A stretch of 64,000 bases of DNA. Origin: Octopus vulgaris (taxonomy: Eukaryota). Each line of letters opens with the position of its first letter. Position 1 is the stretch's first letter. A program made the translations under genes and the position numbers. Positions 31,011-43,687 of the stretch are shown here, in pieces. Below the pieces are notes generated by a model. It did not search any database, was not told where the DNA came from, and was given only the letters and a program-made list of their open reading frames with translations. The DNA is taken from NCBI GenBank assembly GCA_951406725.2, contig OX597824.1:74958001-75022000 (forward strand). Reading direction: 5' to 3'.

Positions 31011-31298
31011 ATAGAATGGTTGTATACTGTCAATCTAACAAGAACGTGACAGTAGGGGGTACACCACCGCTGTATAGCCCTAGGAAGCATCGAACGCCTC
31101 CTGATGGCTTTGACACATTTTTCCCTGTGTCCTTATATACATATACGAATTGTCTCCCCTTCGTATATGTATATAAGGACACAGGAAAAAATGTGTCAAA
31201 GCCATCAGGAGGCGTTCGATGCTTCCTAGGGCTATACAGCGGTGGTGTACCCCCTACTGTCACGTTCTTGTTAGATTGACAGTATACAACCATTCTAT
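31011..31298. repeat. Near-perfect palindrome, 139 bp arms, 10 nt loop
   Basis: 31011-31149 is the reverse complement of 31160-31298; near-identical ORFs on both strands in the track. Confidence 0.95.
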
Positions 31299-31679
31299 AT
31301 ATAGTGATTTGGTGTCGGCATACATTTGAACAACCATTATGTCCACATTAAACTTGTATTTTACGAGTTACTGCTCGTATCTGATATTTCTATAAAAATA
31401 AAAGACACACACACACACACACACAAAAAAAATCATTGATATCAGCACTAAGATATATTTTGACAGACTTCATATTACAGATGGATCGAGTTACACAAGA
31501 AAATATATACTTTCAGATAAGTTTGTTATATTATATTTTTAAACATTCTTGATCTTGTTCTTGTTATCCTTGTTGGTGTTCTTAGTTTCTTGTTGCGAGT
31601 ATTGTTTGTTGTGGTTGCTGGATTTGTTGTTGCTGAACAGTCATCTCCGTTGTTGCTGTCGGTTGTTGTTACAATAATT

Positions 31680-32950
31680 TATATTGACTTTTCCTTTTTA
31701 CTTTTTCGTCTTATCTGTCCTTATTCCTTGTCTTCCTTCCAGCCCTTTTAATATAATTTTCTTTCTCCTTTTTTTTTATTCGCGTCTATTTCTGATGTCC
31801 TTGGTAACTTTTTTCTATTCTTTCCTTCTTTTCCCCTTTTTTATTCTCCTTTCGCTTTCTGTTTTCTTTATTTGTTTTCTTCGTCTTCTTTATTCATTCA
31901 TCTATTTTCTTTATTAGTTCATTTTTTTAAAAATCCATTTTCTATTCTAACTTTTACTGTTTTTTTTTCAGCCTATATTTTCAATTTCCGTTTTCTTCAT
32001 TTTCACTTTATCTTTCCCTTTTCTCAATATCCTTGATCTGAACTCTTTTTCTGTTATCTTCATTCTCCATTTTCTTATTCTCTTTCCTTCCTCCTCTATT
32101 TTATCTCTTTATTCTCTATTTGCTGTTTTCTATTTTTCATTCAGTATTTTCTACTTCCGTTTCTATTCTGCTTTTTTCTGTATTGTCTTTTACTGTTTGA
32201 GTCATTCTCTGTTTTCATTTGTTTTTCAATCACATTTTTCTTTTTGTGTTTCCTTCATTCACTATCTTATTTCTGTGTTTCCTTCTTTTAATTCCTTTTC
32301 TGTTTTATTATCTATTTTCTTTTTGCTGTTTGCTTCTTATTTTCTATTTTCTTTGATCACTTTATTCTATATTTTCTTTTTGTATTTCCTTCATTCTGAA
32401 TCTTATTTCTGTGTTTCCTTCGTTTTATTCTTTTCTGTTTTAATATCTATTTTCTTTTTGCTGTTTGCTTCTTATTTTCTATTTTCTTTGATCACTTTAT
32501 TCTGTATTTGCTTTTCTGTTTTCTTAACTCTCTATTTTCTTTTCTACTTTTCATTCGCTGTTTTCTTTTCCTTTTTCTTACATTCTCTAATTTATTTTAT
32601 ATTTTTCGTTCTTTATTTTATTTTCTGGTTTGCATTTTCTATTTTCTTTTCTGTTTTCTTTATTCTGTTATTTCTGTTTTCTTCCATTCTCTATTTTCTT
32701 TTCATATTTCTAATTCTATGTACTCGTTGCTGTTTTCTTTTTAATTCGCTGTATCTTTTATGTTTTTCATTTTCTATTTATTTTTCGTTTTTCTTCATTC
32801 GCTATTTATTTTTCTTCTTTCTTCATTCCCTATTTTTCTTCTTCCTTCATTCTCTATTTCTTTTCTGTTTTTCATTCTGTATTTGTTTTATTTTCTTCAT
32901 TCTCTGGTTGCTTCTGTTTCCTTCATTTTTTTTTCTCTTTGTGTTTTTTT
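31680..32950. repeat. T-rich low-complexity tract with an internal direct duplication
   Basis: ~32265-32380 repeated at ~32400-32520. Confidence 0.8.
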
Positions 32951-33180
32951 ACCAGATTATCGCCCTTATTCACTCACTCTCCAACAATGTGTGCGGTGTT
33001 TCATTGAAGAATGAAATGGAGCGGGAAATGTAGTTCCATAAATTCTTCCATACAAGACATTGACAAGCTAATAGAACATTGGCAAGGAGTCATGAACAAT
33101 GAAAGAGAACATATCATTAGCATATTTGTTAAAATTGTTGATAAAAGAATATTAAAATATGTGGAAAAAACGAATGCTAC
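32950..33180 (+). mobile_element. Decayed mariner C-terminal fragment
   Basis: IDKLIEHWQGVMNNEREHII. Confidence 0.55.
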
Positions 33181-33269
33181 AAGTATATTTCTATTAAAAA
33201 TGGTGAATGCTTTTTTGCCTTAGTGTAATTATAATGGTTATGCATGTTTTAGTAAAAATAAACTAATAA

Positions 33270-34030
33270 CGTATATATTACATCTGTTGGGATTCCGATA
33301 GATGGTAGTTGTAGCGGTGAGCTGGCCGAGACGTTGGCACGTCGGGCGAAATGCTTAGTGGTATTTCGTCTGCCGCTACGTTCTGAGTTCAAATTCCGCT
33401 GAGGTCGACTTTGCCTTTCAGCCTTTCGGGGTCGATAAATTAAGTACCAGTTACATACTGGGGTCGATATAATCGACTTAATCCGTTTGTCTGTCTCTGC
33501 TTGTCCCCTCTATGTTTAGCCCCTTGTGGGTAGTAAAGAAATAGGTAGTTGTAGCCCTTTATTAGCGAATTTGGATTTGCGTCAGCGAGTTCAAATCTTT
33601 AATGATCTTTGCCGAAAGGGAAAGATGGAATTGGTCAAACAACTCAGTGAATGTTGCAGATATATCGATGATATTTTTTTTATCTCTAGATACAAGTGTT
33701 TTGAAATTTTGCTAGGAAACATATCTCCTGTGGATCTCGAAGCGATTAGAAATGGTGACACATATATTGCATCATTGTCTTGAGTGGATAATAGAATTTG
33801 GCTAGGTCATGTTTTCCAATCAGGTTATGAGATATAGTAGCATAATAAATAAAGTCGAAGTGTTTTGGGATAGGGTTAAAACGTTACAAGTGCACGTGGA
33901 AAAACAAGGTTACAGTAGTAAAAGGGTGGTTAAATGTTTTAACCGTTGCTTAGTGAAACATAGTGAAATTATGAGAAAATATGAAATAATTTCCGGTATG
34001 TTGCTGGGCCTGGAATTCTAAAGAGAGTTA
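33270..34030 (+). pseudogene. Penelope-like RT remnant interrupted by a SINE
   Basis: VGIPIDGSC/SPLLANL..CRYIDDIF (RT motifs). Confidence 0.7.
33316..33543 (+). mobile_element. SINE family A with 12-bp TSD
   Basis: ggtagttgtagc at 33304-33315 and 33544-33555. Confidence 0.9.
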
Positions 34031-34062
34031 GTTTTTACTCAAGGTAGTTAAGTCACTGTTAA

Positions 34063-34819
34063 CCCCTTGACAACGGTTGACGCAAATATGCGATCACACT
34101 TTTGCTTGCCTATCCGCGGTTAACGTAAATATACGATGTAGAGCTGCCCTACATCTATCACGGACATTTTAGCGGCTGACGTATGTTTACGTTCGCTATC
34201 GTCTACTTTATCTCTTGAGGTGCGCGCCCTCGCCGTCCTGTGCATCATCTTAGCTATTTTAGGATACGTTGAAGTCATGAGACTAGCAGTAGACCAATGA
34301 CATGCGGATACTTTACATGCATAATCCCGTGTTTTGAGTTGTACCACACGCAAGCTATCTTCTGAACTTGAGCAGAATAACTCATGCATATCATATTATG
34401 ATAAATAACTTCACGTAGTTCGTTTTCATAAAACGTTAGACGTAAATGTACGACGCTAGTTTATTGTAACGGTGAACGTAAATAGACGCGAGCTCGTTGG
34501 TACTTGTGTGTTTGTGTGGCCTCATTAGATATAAAAACCGGAGCAGTGTTTCGCATGCTGCGGGTAATACCTATTTCTTTACTACCCACAAGGGGCTAAA
34601 CACAGAGAGGACAAACAAGGACAGACAAACGGATTAAGTCGATTATATCGACCCCAGTGTGTAACTGGTCCTTAATTTTTCGACCCCGAAAGGATGAAAG
34701 GCAAAGTCGACCTCGGCGGAATTTGAACTCAGAACGTAGCGACAGACGAAATACTGCTAAGCATTTCGCCCGGCGTGCTAATGATTCTGCCAGCTCGCCG
34801 CCTTACCGGCGCCAAGGGG
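34063..34819. mobile_element. piggyBac-like non-autonomous element
   Basis: TTAA|CCCCTTG...CAAGGGG|TTAA. Confidence 0.55.
34568..34805 (-). mobile_element. SINE family A nested in the piggyBac-like element
   Basis: Match to other family A copies. Confidence 0.85.
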
Positions 34820-36712
34820 TTAAGGAGTTTTGAGGGTTGGTTGTCATTCACAGTTGTGTACAATGTCAGTTCCGCTGTGCAGTTGTCATTCACTGTAGTA
34901 GACAACGTCACTTCCGGTGGGCAGGTGAGATTAACTTTTTCCAGTTGACATATATCTGTCTTTTGGTCTTTTGGCAACAAGGGGTTTAGATGTGAGTACG
35001 GTCTCAGTTAATTTCTCTGCAGCAAGTGGAATTTTGTTATATGTAAAATAATTTTGTTGGGATGTACTTGTTTTAGTTGTTTTAGGATGTACTTGTTTTC
35101 AATGTTTATAGTTATTAGGTGTGTGTGTTGATTTTAAATTCCAGATATATTTCTTTATTCTAAATTTTGATGTAGTTTGAGTTGTACTCAGTTAACGAGT
35201 ACATTGACCGTTTAATTGATAATAGATTATTTAGTCTCTTTCTAGGTAGGACATATTAATTATTTGTTCTAGCTCAATAGTTTTTGCCCTGTTTTTATTG
35301 TTTTTATATTAATTTATTATATACAATTTTCAATTTGATTTAATTCTAAATCCATTTTTATTTATTCTATTTTTATTATGTTTATTTTTTAATTATTTTT
35401 TTTTTTTACATTTATTTTACATTTAGTTGCAATTTCTTCGGTTATTTTATTTTATAATATTCAACATATTTTATATGTATTGATCTGTGCTTGTCGTTTT
35501 TCCTTGTATATTGTTCAAGGACAAACAATGTACAATGTTTTACTAATTTTTATTACTTTTCTTTATGGCGTAGTATCATGTTTGTGATATGATACAGACT
35601 GAAAAAAAACAAACATAGACTAATGTTCGTTTTATGATCTATTTGTTTTAAACTCTTGGTTAGCTGTTAGCTGGGGTCGATGTTATCATATCGAACATCG
35701 CACGTTTAACAGGTTTGTCGCTCGTTTCTTTGTTCTTTAGGATCACAACGTTCTTTTCCGGAGTAAGTTCTTTGTTGCATAGGTAAGGTATTGTTTTGTA
35801 ACTATAACTCAATACTGTTTACTTTGATGTTACTTGTAATAACAAGCAGGTGTTGGATTAACGAACATATTGTGTTAACGTTTCGCTTTTGCTGATTACT
35901 ATTGATTTCCAAGTAGCCTTTATGTTTTAAACGCTGTTAACACCGCCGGATTGAGTAGCACTGCCCAGATGCTGAAACCATAGTGATACCTGCTTGGCAG
36001 CTGATGATGGGAATACACATTTGTTATGCTTGTTTGTTGATTTTTATATCTTAGTTTCGTTATTCTGAGTAGTCCTTCATTCTAGTAAAGGGTAAAACCG
36101 GCCTTTATGAGCCAGGCATGGCTCAAGAAGAAACAAACAACCCATACATACGTTCCTACGTAGTATGTATGTATATATGTATGTATGTATCTGTATGTAT
36201 GTCTGTATGTATGTAGATATGTATGTATGTACGTATGCATGCATGTATGTTTGCATATTGTTATACACATATGCACCCCCCATATACACCAATCAAATTA
36301 ACTTTCAGTCAGTCATATATTGTCGTCTCTCATAATGCGGATCCTAATATGGCCGTAGTTCAATAACTAAGAGCAGTAAAAGAAGAGTAAAACATTTGTG
36401 GATTCATGGTTGGTGGTGATTACTTACATTAATGTTGGCTGCTTTTTCTTCATACATAATCTTATTAACCTGGGATAAGGCTTAAATATTGTTGTCTAGT
36501 TTCCGGATGTTTCTGCTTTGTTATAACCTGAAATGATTCAGACGAAAGTAGCGTTAATTTTTTAAGGTCGTTCATTTTTTTCTCAACTAATCAATAGACC
36601 GATTGAGTAAACAAATTAGTATCGAACCTATAATGACAACTGGAAACAGCTGTAAGCCAAATTTGCTCTGATAAAGGAAAAAATATAGAATGACGATTAT
36701 CTATAACTTGTC

Positions 36713-36741
<29 letters not shown>

Positions 36742-36743
<2 letters not shown>

Positions 36744-36946
36744 CTCTTTTACTTGTTTCAGTCATTTGACTGCGGCCATGCTGGAGCACCGCCTTTAGTC
36801 GAGTAAATCGACCCCAGGACTTATTCTTTGTAAGCCTAGTACTTATTCTATCGGTCTGTTTTGCCGAACCGCTAAGTCACGGGGACGTAAACACACCAGT
36901 ATCGATTGTCAAGCGATGTTGGGGGGACAAACACAGACACACAAAC

Positions 36947-37011
<65 letters not shown>

Positions 37012-37178
37012 TATGACAAGCTTCTTTCAGTTTCCGTCTACCAAATCCACTCACAAGGCTTTGGTCATCCCAAGGCTATAGTAGAAGACACTTGCTTAAA
37101 ATTTCACGCAGTGGGATTGAACCCGGAAGCATGTGGTTGGTAAGCAAGCTACTTACCACACAGCCACTCTTGCGCCTA
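36742..37178 (-). mobile_element. SINE family B, full length
   Basis: Match to other family B copies; flanked by (TA)n. Confidence 0.9.
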
Positions 37179-37196
37179 TATATATATATATATATA

Positions 37197-37700
37197 TAAA
37201 TTCATAATAGAATATAAGGATAAAAGTCACCTGAATGATTTTATGATTTTTATCAAGTAGTCAGCATGCAATAAAAATTTATAGGCAATTTATACATTGA
37301 ATTAATAATAATGTACATATGTATATAATTGTATTAAGAGAACAGGAGCAAAAACCCCATGCTTGAAGTGCCGATACCTTAAGAAAACTATCAAAAACTC
37401 CAGATAAATATACACATGGCTGAAAACGAGCTAGTGAACGAAAATTAAAAAGACCTCATTTTAATTGTGAATTGGTTCCAATTTCTGGATTAACGCAAAA
37501 AATAAGCCTCCTTTCTTCGTCAACACAATACACGGGAAAGAAATTGGAACCATTTCACAATTAACGTGAGGTCTTTTTAATTTTCTTTCATTAGCCTGCT
37601 TTCCGTCATGTGTATATTTATCTGGAGGTTTTGCTAGTTTTTATGAATGTATCGTCACTTCAAGCATGCTGGAGATAGGTCTCTTAATATAATTATATAT
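37197..37700. mobile_element. (TA)n-embedded fold-back with hammerhead-like motif (37464-37529, -)
   Basis: Arms ~37357-37487 / 37539-37669; attgtg-TTGACGA...GAAA-TTGGAACCAAT-T-cacaat. Confidence 0.7.
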
Positions 37701-37729
37701 ATATATATACATAAATACATATATATGAA

Positions 37730-38002
37730 TATAAGAATATTAAACGGAAAATAATTTCATTATTATAACATAAATATTAATAATCCTTACAATTGTTTCG
37801 ATTTCAACCCAAAACCGATAACAAATTTATAAAAATTCATATTTAGGGATTATTTTGAGTAAAAATCACATCAGGATAAAACGGGGCAAAATTTACATAT
37901 TTCAGTTTCTCAAACTTCAAAATATTTCCAAGATATGAATTTTTATAAATTTGTTATTGGCTTTGGGCTGCAATCGAAACAGTTGTAGGGATTATTAATA
38001 TT

Positions 38003-38042
<40 letters not shown>

Positions 38043-38220
38043 TGTTATATTAGTAAATTAACATGTGTCAGTTTAAACTCTCCCTTTTCCTTTTATTATT
38101 TTTGTCTATTGTATATATACCCATTTGTATTGTAATTTTTTTAATACTTTATTTTGTATTAAACCAGTTAAAACTAGTGGAAATTTGATGTTTCAGTCCC
38201 TATAAGAAGAGCTTATTTCC
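37730..38220. mobile_element. Fold-back with degenerate hammerhead (37783-37877, -)
   Basis: CTGATGT-GATTT...AAATC-GAAAC-AATT-GTA; inverted partial copy ~37930-38000. Confidence 0.6.
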
Positions 38221-38245
38221 TTGTATGTGTATGTATGTATGTATG

Positions 38246-38296
<51 letters not shown>

Positions 38297-38300
<4 letters not shown>

Positions 38301-38407
38301 CCCGGGTTGATACGGGGTTAACCACAGTAAGTAAGGTACTCAATACATAGCAGAGTAAAATTAATTTATTATATAGAAGGAGCTTCTACAGGACTAGTAC
38401 TGTTTCA

Positions 38408-38408
<1 letters not shown>
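38297..38408 (-). mobile_element. (TA)n-embedded PLE terminal fragment (hammerhead 3' half); related copy 54357-54500
   Basis: ggggttaaccacagtaa...ctacaggactag shared between the two. Confidence 0.65.
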
Positions 38409-38482
<74 letters not shown>

Positions 38483-39404
38483 TAAACCTACACACCAACC
38501 AATCACATTATCTCACGCGCCTACACTCCCCAACTTTCACACCTCCATACACACAGACACAGCTCTAAATCACTGCAAGCTTACACATCTCCCTATGACC
38601 ATCTCAATAAATTCCTGTATATTCAGCCCTCAACTCCCTCCCTTTTTTAACTCTCCCTTTCCCTAACCCCTCAGCAGTTTGTTTTTTATTATAACCACTT
38701 TTATCATTCACTCTTCTTTATATTTCGTCTGTATTTTGCTTCTGATGAAGGACTATCGGCCGAAGCGTCACGATTCCTTCCTTTCTTTTTAAGCGATAAA
38801 CTAATACAACATTCTCTAAAACTTTTTCTTCTTGTGTTGACTTATTTCTTTCTGTGTTCATTACTTTACAATATGTGTATGGGTATATGTGTGTGTATAC
38901 GGAGTTAAATTTTATTTCTTCTTGTACAACACTAAAGTTCTTAATAGGCAAACGCCCGGAACAAATATCGCAAGTATTTTGTCCCGCGCTCTAACGATTC
39001 GGTCAATCTACTGTTATAGCTCTGTGGTTAAGAAGTTACATGTTAAATGTGGCGAAGAAAAGAGAAGGAAACTCTATACGAAATTAACTGGAAGCTGCTA
39101 GAACAATCTGTGTTATACCTCAACGGAAGCAGATAGTACAAACTTTCTTTGGTCGAGAGAACAATGATCCTTCTTGAATTCAAAAAGGGAACTTTTTAGC
39201 CTATGCCCTTACGACAGAAACTTTGTTTTTGAAACGTGGTCCGCTTCATTTGCACACCACAGAAAAGAAAAAAAATTACGCAAAATGACCAATTTCGGAA
39301 ACAACTGCAATCGTTCAAGGGGAAATAACTGATCCTTCTTAACCTGGAAAGAGCGATCATTATTATTACTCGTTATGTGTGAACCCTGATAAGTCCCATA
39401 TGCG

Positions 39405-39733
39405 ATGAGCGGCTGTGTGGTAAGTAGCTCGCTTACCAACCGCATGGTTCCGGGTTCAGTCCCGCTGCGTGGCACCTTGGGCAAGTGTCTTCTACTAAAG
39501 CCTTGTGAGCGGATTTGATAGACGGAAACTGAAAGAAGCCTGTCGTATATATGTTTATATATATATATATGTATGTGTGTGTATGTGTTTGTGTGTCTGT
39601 GCTTGTCCCCCCAACATTGCTTGGCAACCGATGCTGGTGTGTTTACGTCCCCGTAACCTAGCGGTTCGGCAAAAAGAGAACGATAGAATAAGTACTAGGC
39701 TTACAAAGAATAAGTCCTGGGGTCGATTTGCTC
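39405..39733 (+). mobile_element. SINE family B (3' truncated)
   Basis: Match to other family B copies. Confidence 0.85.
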
Positions 39734-39791
39734 TATATATATATAAGCATATACAGATGCACACACACACACACACATATCCATATATGTA

Positions 39792-40400
39792 GTCACTTAA
39801 AATTCTCTCTCCATTCCGTTTCACATAAAATATATTATTGGCACTGAGTTTTGTTGGCAAGCCTTACAAATTTTATTTGGCTCTGTTTTACCGAGAGATA
39901 GCTGAAAAAATTCTGAAATTGTGGCTACGTTTAGCACGAAATATCTCGATTGTCTAAATCACTTTTATACTCGCTATTCTACTTTCCATAATTGCTGTTT
40001 TATCTCATATTTTTTCCTTCATTTTCTGGATATTAACGACAGTGTCTATAGATTTTTTTAAAGACCAATCTCCTTTGTAGTACAGCCTTCACTTTCGAAA
40101 ATGGATTTTGCCTATGAAGACCTTTCAAAGACTGTACAGAAATTGCCAATAGAAATTGTCTCTTAAAGAAGAGTAAAACATACGTTACTAATATCGAAAT
40201 GGACTTCTAAAATATGTTTTTCAATTGTTTACTTCTTTTACTGCTCTTAGTCATTGAACTACGGCCATATTAGGATCCACATTCTGAGAGATGACAATAT
40301 ATGACCGACTGAAAGTTTATTAGATTGGTGTCTGTGTGTGTGTGTGGGGGGGGAAGGTTTGTGCATGTGTGTATAGCAATATGTAAACATACATACGTAC
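39792..40400 (+). repeat. Dispersed duplication, copy 1 (copy 2 at 46022-46620)
   Basis: tcacttaaaattctctctcc...gaagacctttcaaagact and the following cggccata module shared. Confidence 0.85.
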
Positions 40401-40663
40401 ATACATGCATACATACATACATACATAGAGACAGACAGACAGACAGACAGAAAGACACATACATACATATATACATACATACTACGTACGTACGTATGCA
40501 TGGGTAGGTTAGTGTAATCTGTTAGCACACTTATCACGAATGTAAGAGAGGTGGGTTCGTTTCGCATGTGCACTGACTTTTTTTCCGTCGAAGGCTTATA
40601 TGCCCAAATATTAGACTAGTTTCTTTAGTGAAAATACAGTGATCGCTTATAAGATTTAAGAGG

Positions 40664-40707
<44 letters not shown>

Positions 40708-40711
<4 letters not shown>

Positions 40712-41398
40712 TAGTTTTATTTTTATAGTGTGCTTTCACTTCACTACCGAGCGCAGCTCTGTGTGCCTTGGGTATGTGCTGTGATTTGTTGTGATGCTCT
40801 GATGGTTATTGTATGGAAAGTGTTCTGCGTAGGATGTGTGCAGTGCCTAGTAGTGCAATTTTCTGTATGTTATATGTGTTTGTAAGTCCTGGTGTTTTTG
40901 TTATGTATTTGTCTGAATATTTTTTTATCATGCCTAATGCACCTACTATGATAGGAATTGTTTCTGTTTTCAGGTTCCACATTCTAGTTACCTCTATTTC
41001 CAGGTCTTTGTATTTTGAGAGTTTCTCCATTTCTTTTAGAGACACGTTGTCATCTGCCGGTATTGATACATCAATTAGAAAGCATTTTTTTTCTTCATGA
41101 TCTCTGACAACTATATCTGGTCTGTTGGCCTTAATTTCTCTATCTGCGTGTATCGGCATATCCCAGAGTATGGTTGCTTTCTCGTTTTCTGTGACCTTTT
41201 CTGGTGTGTGCCTATACCATCTTTTTTCTGTTGTTATTCCATAATGTTGGCATAGCTTCCAATGTATGTGGGTTCCAACTCTGTCATGTCTGTGAATATA
41301 TTCCTTCTTAGCCAGGACTGGGCAGCTAGAGATAATATGATTTATTGTTTCTTGTCCATCTCCACATATTCTGCAGTTACTTGTAATATTTCTTTTCA

Positions 41399-41400
<2 letters not shown>
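40708..41400 (-). mobile_element. R4/Dong-like LINE 3' end (CCHC knuckle plus restriction-like endonuclease), 5'-truncated, in (TAA)n
   Basis: CRICGDGQETINHIISSC..RHD..RPDIVV..IDVSIP..EKLSKYKDL; open frame; (TAA)n on both sides. Confidence 0.9.
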
Positions 41401-41482
<82 letters not shown>

Positions 41483-41861
41483 TATTACTATTATTTATAC
41501 AATTGTCACTCGTCACGGCTTCTCCATTTAACGCATATATGTATATGTGCGTGTACACACACAAATACACACACACATACACACACACACACACATACAC
41601 ACACACACAGATACACACACCGAGTCCATCATAAAGTGTTTAGACAGTTTCAAAAAGTCATGAGGAAGAACTTAGAAGTGTCGACTAAATTTTTGTCACT
41701 TATTAATATGTTATTATTAAAGTTTTTATAAAATTTTATGATATTAATAATTTTATTAATGTTATATTTTAATGTTTCAGACCGCAATTAATCTTGTTTT
41801 TATGTTCCTGACAATTACTACTCCACAAGAAAAGATACAATCTGTTATATATATATATACA

Positions 41862-41909
<48 letters not shown>

Positions 41910-41944
41910 TGTCTGTGTGTGTATGTGTATGTGTGTGTGTGTGT

Positions 41945-42078
41945 GATCACCGTGATCACCGTGACCGACCAGGCTATCAGATGTTGCTACACATCGCTGG
42001 TCACAATGCGCTTCGCATTGTTTTAGCCTTCAAATGACGCCACCCCGCTGGCTAAGCGAGCAGACCAACAGAAGAAAG
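41945..42078 (-). mobile_element. Retroposon 3' end with (cacggtgat)n tail; degenerate copy 44725-44845 (+)
   Basis: gcattgtgacyagcg and cttagcca motifs shared. Confidence 0.55.
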
Positions 42079-43655
42079 ATGAAACTATCATCTAGGTATC
42101 TTTTCCAGATGATTGTTTCCTCATATGGAAACAATCTTATGAAAAACTTCTGGAATTCAAAACCACACTGAACAACATTCATCCCAACATTCAATTCACT
42201 ATGGAATTCAGCAAATATCATCTCCCTTTCCTTGATCTCCTAATTATACAAACACCTGACAACCAAATCAGAACAGACTCACAGCAATACAGACTCACAG
42301 ACTCACAGCAATACCACCTCTTCAGTTCATGCCACGCAAAACACACCAAAATAAATATCCCCTTCAACTTAGCTAAAAGGATATGCACCATTGTCTCGGA
42401 TCCAAAAACTCGAGAAATACGCCTTCAAGACCTAAAAAACCCACTATTATAACGTCAATATCCCTCCACACACATAGACTATGGAATAAAATGTGACAAA
42501 GAACTCGACAATAATACACTGAAAACCACCCAACACAGTAACACACCCAACCTCAAAATACTTCCATACATTTCCACCAACAACCCCAAAAACATCGAAG
42601 TATACACCACAATCATACAAAATCTCCCCTTACTGTCCACAGACCAAAAAATGAATATTATCAATACACATAATATCCTTAAATGCAAAAACAATATAAA
42701 TCTTTGAAAAAACTCTTAACAAATGCCAAACTTCACACACCACATCCACCCCCATCAGTTAAAAAATGTGCACGCCCTAATTGTGGTACCTGCCCCTTCC
42801 TACTTGGAGGCTCTGAATTTACTTTCAAACAAGGAACAAAGTTTAAAATCAAGACCAACTTCTCCTGTTCCTCCGAGAACCTCATTTACGTTCTTACATG
42901 CGCCGGTTGCCAACACAATTATGTCGGACAAACGAGCCTTCTTTTACGTAGAAGAGTAGCAGTCCATAAAGAACAGATAAATCTCCCACAATACCGTCAA
43001 ATTCTACTCAGTAGCTAGAAATAAAAATCCCAAATTTCATATATTCTCTTTCTATCAATGTAAAGACGGAATCTCTACACAAGAAATAATCAACAAGGAG
43101 AATCTTTTTATTGAAAAATTCCAAACGCTTCTTAATATGCAAACTCCAAGGTGACCATATTCCTTTTTCTAGTATCCTGTCTGACAAAAAATTGATATAA
43201 GCATCCTGTTTGACAAAAAATCCAGCATTTCAATTAAAGAGCATAAAATCCACAGAATTGTCTCCCCTTATTCACAGGAACTGGATAACTCCCACCCCAT
43301 TTCCTGTTTTGACACACGAACACCCAACTTTTTCAAACAAAATACTACACTTAAACACATGCATCCTAATCCTCCAAAGAAGTTTTTCCAAGGACTAATA
43401 TTGAACTCTGAAAGCATAAAGACTCTACAATGTATTGGTATACTTATTTATTAATTTATGTATATATGTTTATTTTTTGAAAAAAAAAACCATTGTAAAT
43501 TTCTTTTTTCCCCTTCCTCAATTAAAAAAAATTTTTCCCTTCCAAATCTTGAAAATTTGCCTTGCAATGAAAGCCAGTTTGATTTCTTTTTTCGTTTTTT
43601 TTTTCATACACCCATTTTTATCGAAATTTACTTTCAATTTAGCATTCTGCCTTAT

Positions 43656-43660
<5 letters not shown>
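42079..43660 (+). pseudogene. 5'-truncated Penelope-like element: RT C-terminus, thumb, Cys-rich linker, GIY-YIG, 3' region with hammerhead variant
   Basis: DDCFLIW; HPNIQFTME..LPFLDL; SCHAKHTKINIPF; CARPNCGTC; NLIYVLTCAGCQHNYVGQT. Confidence 0.9.
43544..43585 (+). ncRNA. Hammerhead-like motif, U3-A8 variant
   Basis: aaatc-TTGAAAA-T-TTGC-ctt-GCAA-T-GAAAG-CCAG-TTT-gattt. Confidence 0.55.

Positions 43661-43687
<27 letters not shown>

Noticed and set aside
32197-33033. 278-aa hydrophobic membrane-protein-like ORF
   Set aside because: Artefact of T-rich low-complexity DNA lacking stop codons
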